In this document: one piece after another, positions 17,285 through 18,573 of the stretch
Layout: the number at the start of each line of letters is the position of its first letter
Position numbering within the stretch: the stretch's first letter is position 1
Assembly (NCBI GenBank): GCA_027492205.1
Contig: JAOZFN010000004.1
Coordinates: forward strand, 1-18,573
DNA: 18,573 nt
Reading direction: 5' to 3'
Origin: Thermoproteota archaeon
Lineage (GTDB): Archaea; Korarchaeota; Korarchaeia; Korarchaeales; Korarchaeaceae
The notes under the pieces: model-generated
Told to the model about the DNA's origin: nothing
The model's database searches: none
The model's input: only the letters and a program-made list of their open reading frames with translations
Program-made: the position numbers and the translations under genes

Positions 17285-18573
17285 GTGAGGCTGATCTCCC
17301 TGCAGGCCAGGAACTTCAAGCACCTCAGGGGCCCCTCGGAGGGCGAGCCCTTCGAGGTCGAGTTCGGAGAGGGCGTCCTGGGCGTCAGGGGGCCGAACGA
17401 GAGCGGGAAGAGCAGCCTGATGCAGGCGGTCTTCTTCGCCCTCACCGGGTCCCCGCTGGAGGGCGGGAGGGAGATAGGCCAGTACGTCGGCTACGGGGCA
17501 AGCAAGGCCAGCGTCTCCCTGGACTTCGAGGTCGGCGAGAGGAGGTACCGGGTCTCTCGGACCATTCAGAGGATCCAGGGCAGCCTCGACAGGGGGAGGT
17601 CAGACGCCCGGCTGCTGGAGCTGAGGCCCGACGGCTCCAGGCTCACGGTCTGCAGGGGAATCAGAGAGGTCAACGCCAGGATCAGAGAGCTGCTGGGGGG
17701 ACTGGGCCCAGAGGAGCTCAGGAGCACGATCTTCATAATTCAGAAGGACTTGGACAGGCTGAAGGAGAAGAGGCCCCACGAGAGGAGGGAGCTGATCAAC
17801 TCCCTCATAGGAAGGGAGAGCTTCGACAGGGCTAAGGAGTCCCTCGCCGAGAGGAGGAGGGAGCTGGAGGGAACCCCCCAGAGGAGGGGGCTGATAGCGG
17901 AGGCGAGGGCAGAGCTAGACCGGTTGAGAGGAGATCTGGAGCGGTTCAGGAGGGCCTCCGAGGAGCTGACGGAGGTTGTCGAGAAGATCGAGGTTCTGGA
18001 GGGGCCCGCCGATCGGCCAGGGTCTGTCGAGGAGGCCAGGGCCGAGAGGGACGCGATCAGGAGGGATCTAGAGGTCCTGCGGGCCTACAGGAACTACCTG
18101 CAGGAACGGTCTGACCTCGAGCGGAGAATCCACCTCAGGGAGGAGAGGCTGAGAGGCCTCAGGGTCGAACTGGATCGGCTTGAGAGGGACGTTCAGGCTC
18201 TCGAGAAGGCCAAGCGTGACCTCCAGAGGGTCTTGGAGGAGATCGGCATATTGGACGGCCCACCCACGGATCCCCGCTCTATAGCGCACGCGTTGGCTGA
18301 AAGGGACAGGCTCGGAAAGATAGTGTCTTCCCTGAGGAGGCTGAGGGACGCCCTCCAGCGCAAGGTCCAGCTGACGGGTAGGCTGGCTGAGATAGAGGAG
18401 GCGCTGGTTGAGAGAGGGGTCGAACTCCGAGGAGTTCAATCGGAGCTCGAGAAACTTAGAGCGAAGTTGCAATCTCTCAGGGAGGAGATTCGCTCTCTCT
18501 ACGAAAGAAAGCACGCCCTCAAGTTTCGGGCTGAAACACTCACCAAGGCGGCCCTCGGTCTCATGGGCCTCGG
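17285..18573 (+). CDS. rad50: Rad50/SbcC-like SMC-family ATPase, 3'-truncated by the window edge
   Basis: GTG 1 bp after the mre11 stop. MRLISLQARNFK, Walker A GPNESGKSS, FFALTG and Q-loop IFIIQKD, then a long coiled coil open to the window end. Not listed in the ORF track because it has no stop. Confidence 0.93.
   Translation, partial: MRLISLQARNFKHLRGPSEGEPFEVEFGEGVLGVRGPNESGKSSLMQAVFFALTGSPLEGGREIGQYVGYGASKASVSLDFEVGERRYRVSRTIQRIQGSLDRGRSDARLLELRPDGSRLTVCRGIREVNARIRELLGGLGPEELRSTIFIIQKDLDRLKEKRPHERRELINSLIGRESFDRAKESLAERRRELEGTPQRRGLIAEARAELDRLRGDLERFRRASEELTEVVEKIEVLEGPADRPGSVEEARAERDAIRRDLEVLRAYRNYLQERSDLERRIHLREERLRGLRVELDRLERDVQALEKAKRDLQRVLEEIGILDGPPTDPRSIAHALAERDRLGKIVSSLRRLRDALQRKVQLTGRLAEIEEALVERGVELRGVQSELEKLRAKLQSLREEIRSLYERKHALKFRAETLTKAALGLMGL

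Noticed and set aside
13121-18514. Many antisense and alternate-frame ORFs, including 14145-15095 (316 aa)
   Set aside because: They are shadows of high-GC genes with biased composition and no motifs.

Overview
GC-rich archaeal DNA, probably from a thermophile (AGG/ATA codon use, TATA-like boxes about 25 bp before starts, GGTGA/GGAGG ribosome-binding sites). Bases 1-12.6 kb look like a defence/toxin-antitoxin island of mixed GC content. It holds an ABC-type ATPase plus small TOPRIM-like partner, an AbrB-VapC pair with a frameshifted antitoxin, a three-gene HEPN operon, two decayed pseudogenes (one ComEC/Rec2-like MBL), a Pro/Thr-stalked surface protein, a CX5R phosphatase-HD fusion, a UPF0175-DUF3368 pair whose toxin is broken by a 5-bp duplication, a putative PD-(D/E)XK nuclease, an EVE-nuclease fusion, a solo EVE protein and an orphan DUF3883. 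From 13.1 kb to the end is a nurA-herA-mre11-rad50 operon. Its Mre11 has non-canonical metal ligands and its Rad50 coiled coil carries a repeated Pro/Gly kink motif; rad50 runs off the window and is missing from the ORF track. No tRNA, rRNA, CRISPR array or intact transposase was seen. All family calls are by eye from motifs, with no database search.
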